A stretch of 51,479 nt of DNA, from NCBI GenBank assembly GCA_038064015.1, contig JBBTUB010000012.1, positions 1 to 51,479 of the forward strand. Direction: 5' to 3'. Both the position numbers and the translations under genes were made by a program. The DNA is from Patescibacteria group bacterium (GTDB lineage Bacteria > Patescibacteriota > Minisyncoccia > 2-02-FULL-40-12 > IGHO2-01-FULL-4-A). Shown here one piece after another: positions 49,685-51,479 of this stretch; position 1 is the first letter of the stretch; every line of letters begins with the position of its first letter. The notes under the pieces are model-generated. The model was given only the letters and a program-made list of their open reading frames with translations. It did no database searches and was not told the origin of the DNA.

Positions 49685-51064
49685 ATGGACTATGAACCGA
49701 CCATCGGCCTGGAGATTCATGCCGAGCTCAAAACACGCACCAAGATGTTTTGCTCGTGCAAGAACGATCCTGACGAAAAACGCCCCAATACCAATGTCTG
49801 TCCCATCTGCATGGGGCATCCAGGTACTCTGCCTACCATTAACAGTGAAGCAATCCGACAAATCGTCCGCGTCGGCTTGGCGCTTGATTGCGAGATTAGC
49901 GAACACTCCAAGTTTGACCGCAAGAGCTATTTTTATCCCGACCTTCCCAAGGGCTATCAGATTTCGCAGTACGATCTGCCGGTGTGCAACGCGGGGATGC
50001 TTGTAGGCGTGCGCCTCGAGCGCATTCACATGGAGGAGGACGCAGGCAAGCTCATGCATGCTTCTGATGACCAACATAGCCTCGTTGATTACAATCGCGC
50101 AGGTCTGCCGCTCATGGAGCTCGTTACGAAGCCCGACATCACGTCCAGCGAACAAGTCGGGCAGTTTGCCAAAGAGCTCCAGCTCATTTTGCGCTACCTT
50201 GGCGCGTCGGATGCCGATATGGAAAAAGGTCAGATGCGGGTAGAGGTAAATATTTCTATAAAAAAAATAGGCGAAAAAGAACTTGGCACCAAAGTCGAGG
50301 TCAAAAACATCAACTCGATGAGCGCGGCGATGAAAGCCGCGGAGTATGAATTCAAGCGCCAGGTTGAGGCACTCGAAAAAGGCGAGAAAATTATCCAAGA
50401 GACCCGCGGCTGGGACGATACCAACAACACGACGTATAGCCAGCGCACCAAAGAGGGGAGCGCGGACTATCGCTATTTTCCGGAGCCGGACTTGCCCCCA
50501 ATGCGTTTCACGCCGGAACATGTGGAAACAATCCGCGCCACGCTGCCGGAACTGCCGAGTCAGCGCCGCGTCCGCTTCAAGCTCGAGTACGGCCTGACTG
50601 ACGCGCAGATTGAGATTTTTACCGTCACTAAAGAATTTGGAGATTTTTTTGAAGAAGTGGCCAGTGAGCTTGGCGATCCCACGCTCAATATTCTGGCGGC
50701 AAACTATATTGTCACTGAGCAACCAAGCAAGATTTCGCCGGAAAACTTCGCCGAGCTCATCAAGAAAATTGCAAATAAAGAGCTCTCCTCCACAGCCGCC
50801 AAGACCGTCCTTGATGAGATGGCAGTCTCGGGCCGCGATCCTGATGAGATTATCAAAGAAAAAGATTTGGGCCAGATCTCCGATGCGGGCGATCTTGCAA
50901 ATGCCGTAGATGACGTCATCACCGCCAATCCCAAGCCCGTGGAACAATACAAAGCCGGCAAAGTCGAAGTCCTCAAGTTCCTCGTCGGCAAAGTCATGGC
51001 CGCGACGAAGGGAAAAGCCAATCCTGAAGTCGTGATGGAATTGCTGAAACAGAAACTAACATGA
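49685..51064 (+). CDS. gatB: Asp/Glu-tRNA amidotransferase subunit B
   Basis: YEPTIGLEIHAELKTRTKMFCSC, DLPKGYQISQ, NRAGLPLMELV, and a C-terminal GatB_Yqey domain. Confidence 0.95.
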   Translation: MDYEPTIGLEIHAELKTRTKMFCSCKNDPDEKRPNTNVCPICMGHPGTLPTINSEAIRQIVRVGLALDCEISEHSKFDRKSYFYPDLPKGYQISQYDLPVCNAGMLVGVRLERIHMEEDAGKLMHASDDQHSLVDYNRAGLPLMELVTKPDITSSEQVGQFAKELQLILRYLGASDADMEKGQMRVEVNISIKKIGEKELGTKVEVKNINSMSAAMKAAEYEFKRQVEALEKGEKIIQETRGWDDTNNTTYSQRTKEGSADYRYFPEPDLPPMRFTPEHVETIRATLPELPSQRRVRFKLEYGLTDAQIEIFTVTKEFGDFFEEVASELGDPTLNILAANYIVTEQPSKISPENFAELIKKIANKELSSTAAKTVLDEMAVSGRDPDEIIKEKDLGQISDAGDLANAVDDVITANPKPVEQYKAGKVEVLKFLVGKVMAATKGKANPEVVMELLKQKLT

Positions 51065-51291
51065 AACCAAAAGCAACACTGACTAATTTTGAGACTACTC
51101 CGGAGCAGCAACTACACCCTGAGACATTGCGGCATTTTGCAGAAAAACAACAATTTCAGGCAACTGTCGGCGAATCAGTTGACCCGCAAATTCGACGGCG
51201 TGTAAAACAGAAAGTAAAAGAGATCACGGGAGAAGATGTTGATCAGATGCTAGAAAATTTTGGACCAAAAGAAGAGCATCGTTCACAGTAG
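51061..51291 (+). CDS. hypothetical small protein
   Basis: 76-aa ORF whose ATG overlaps the gatB stop codon (ATGA). It overlaps the 3' end of the convergent miaA by about 68 nt, so it is doubtful. Confidence 0.25.
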   Translation: MKPKATLTNFETTPEQQLHPETLRHFAEKQQFQATVGESVDPQIRRRVKQKVKEITGEDVDQMLENFGPKEEHRSQ

Positions 51292-51479
51292 TAATCCATC
51301 GGATATTTTTATTTCGCTTAAACCACGTCATCTGACGCTTGGCGTATTGGCGGATGGCGGTGGCAAGCTGGGTGACCATCTCGTCGTAGCTTAGTTTTTC
51401 TTGCAGGTACTGACTGATCAAGCGATACTCCAGGCCAAAGGCATCCAGTCGTCCCCATGACACACCCGCGTCATGGAGT
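51224..51479 (-). CDS. miaA: tRNA dimethylallyltransferase, C-terminal fragment (runs off the window)
   Basis: GLEYRLISQYLQEKLSYDEMVTQLATAIRQYAKRQMTWFKRN is the conserved MiaA C-terminal region. Confidence 0.8.
   Translation of the reverse strand, partial: LHDAGVSWGRLDAFGLEYRLISQYLQEKLSYDEMVTQLATAIRQYAKRQMTWFKRNKNIRWITTVNDALLLVQNFLASDQHLLP

Noticed and set aside
49643-50947. 434-aa ORF on the minus strand
   Set aside because: It is entirely antisense to gatB, which has unambiguous family motifs. The antisense product is low-complexity with no recognisable motifs.

Overview
This is a 51.5-kb, gene-dense chromosomal window of roughly 50% GC, read with the standard genetic code (conserved genes end at TGA at the expected lengths). 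Almost all of it is housekeeping. It carries tmRNA and six tRNAs. Identified genes are rpsO/pnp, polA, recG, topA, dprA, pth, lepB, hisS, rpsU, ftsA/ftsZ, class II RNR (nrdJ), pyrH, pheS, gyrB, secE-nusG-rplK, dcd/folA/thyA/tmk, gatB and a partial miaA.

The gene style suggests a Patescibacteria/CPR (Parcubacteria-like) genome, but this is inference only. The supporting traits are short streamlined proteins, many N-terminally anchored hypothetical proteins with Pro/Thr linkers, no rplA after rplK, a self-splicing intron next to a LAGLIDADG-like gene, and frequent TGnTAnnnT boxes directly before start codons.

The most notable region is 38.9-40.7 kb. It holds an AT-rich HTH+LAGLIDADG-like ORF that overlaps a tRNA-Met. 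Next to it is an initiator tRNA-fMet split by a 205-nt group I intron. That is followed directly by a cobalamin-riboswitch-like leader in front of a small polytopic membrane protein.

Other points:
- a PheRS alpha subunit fused to an FDX-ACB domain (mitochondrial-type monomeric architecture);
- a tRNA-flanked nucleotidyltransferase cassette that includes a class II tRNA with an apparent ACU anticodon;
- a tRNA-Arg(GCG);
- two GC-rich, probably acquired ORFs (pepE and an orphan at 32.6-33.4 kb with a structured leader);
- a promoter / 25-codon sORF / terminator unit after ftsZ.

No CRISPR array, rRNA, transposase or recognisable defence operon was seen. All calls come from reading the sequence and recalling family motifs. 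No searches were run, and start codons are often uncertain.
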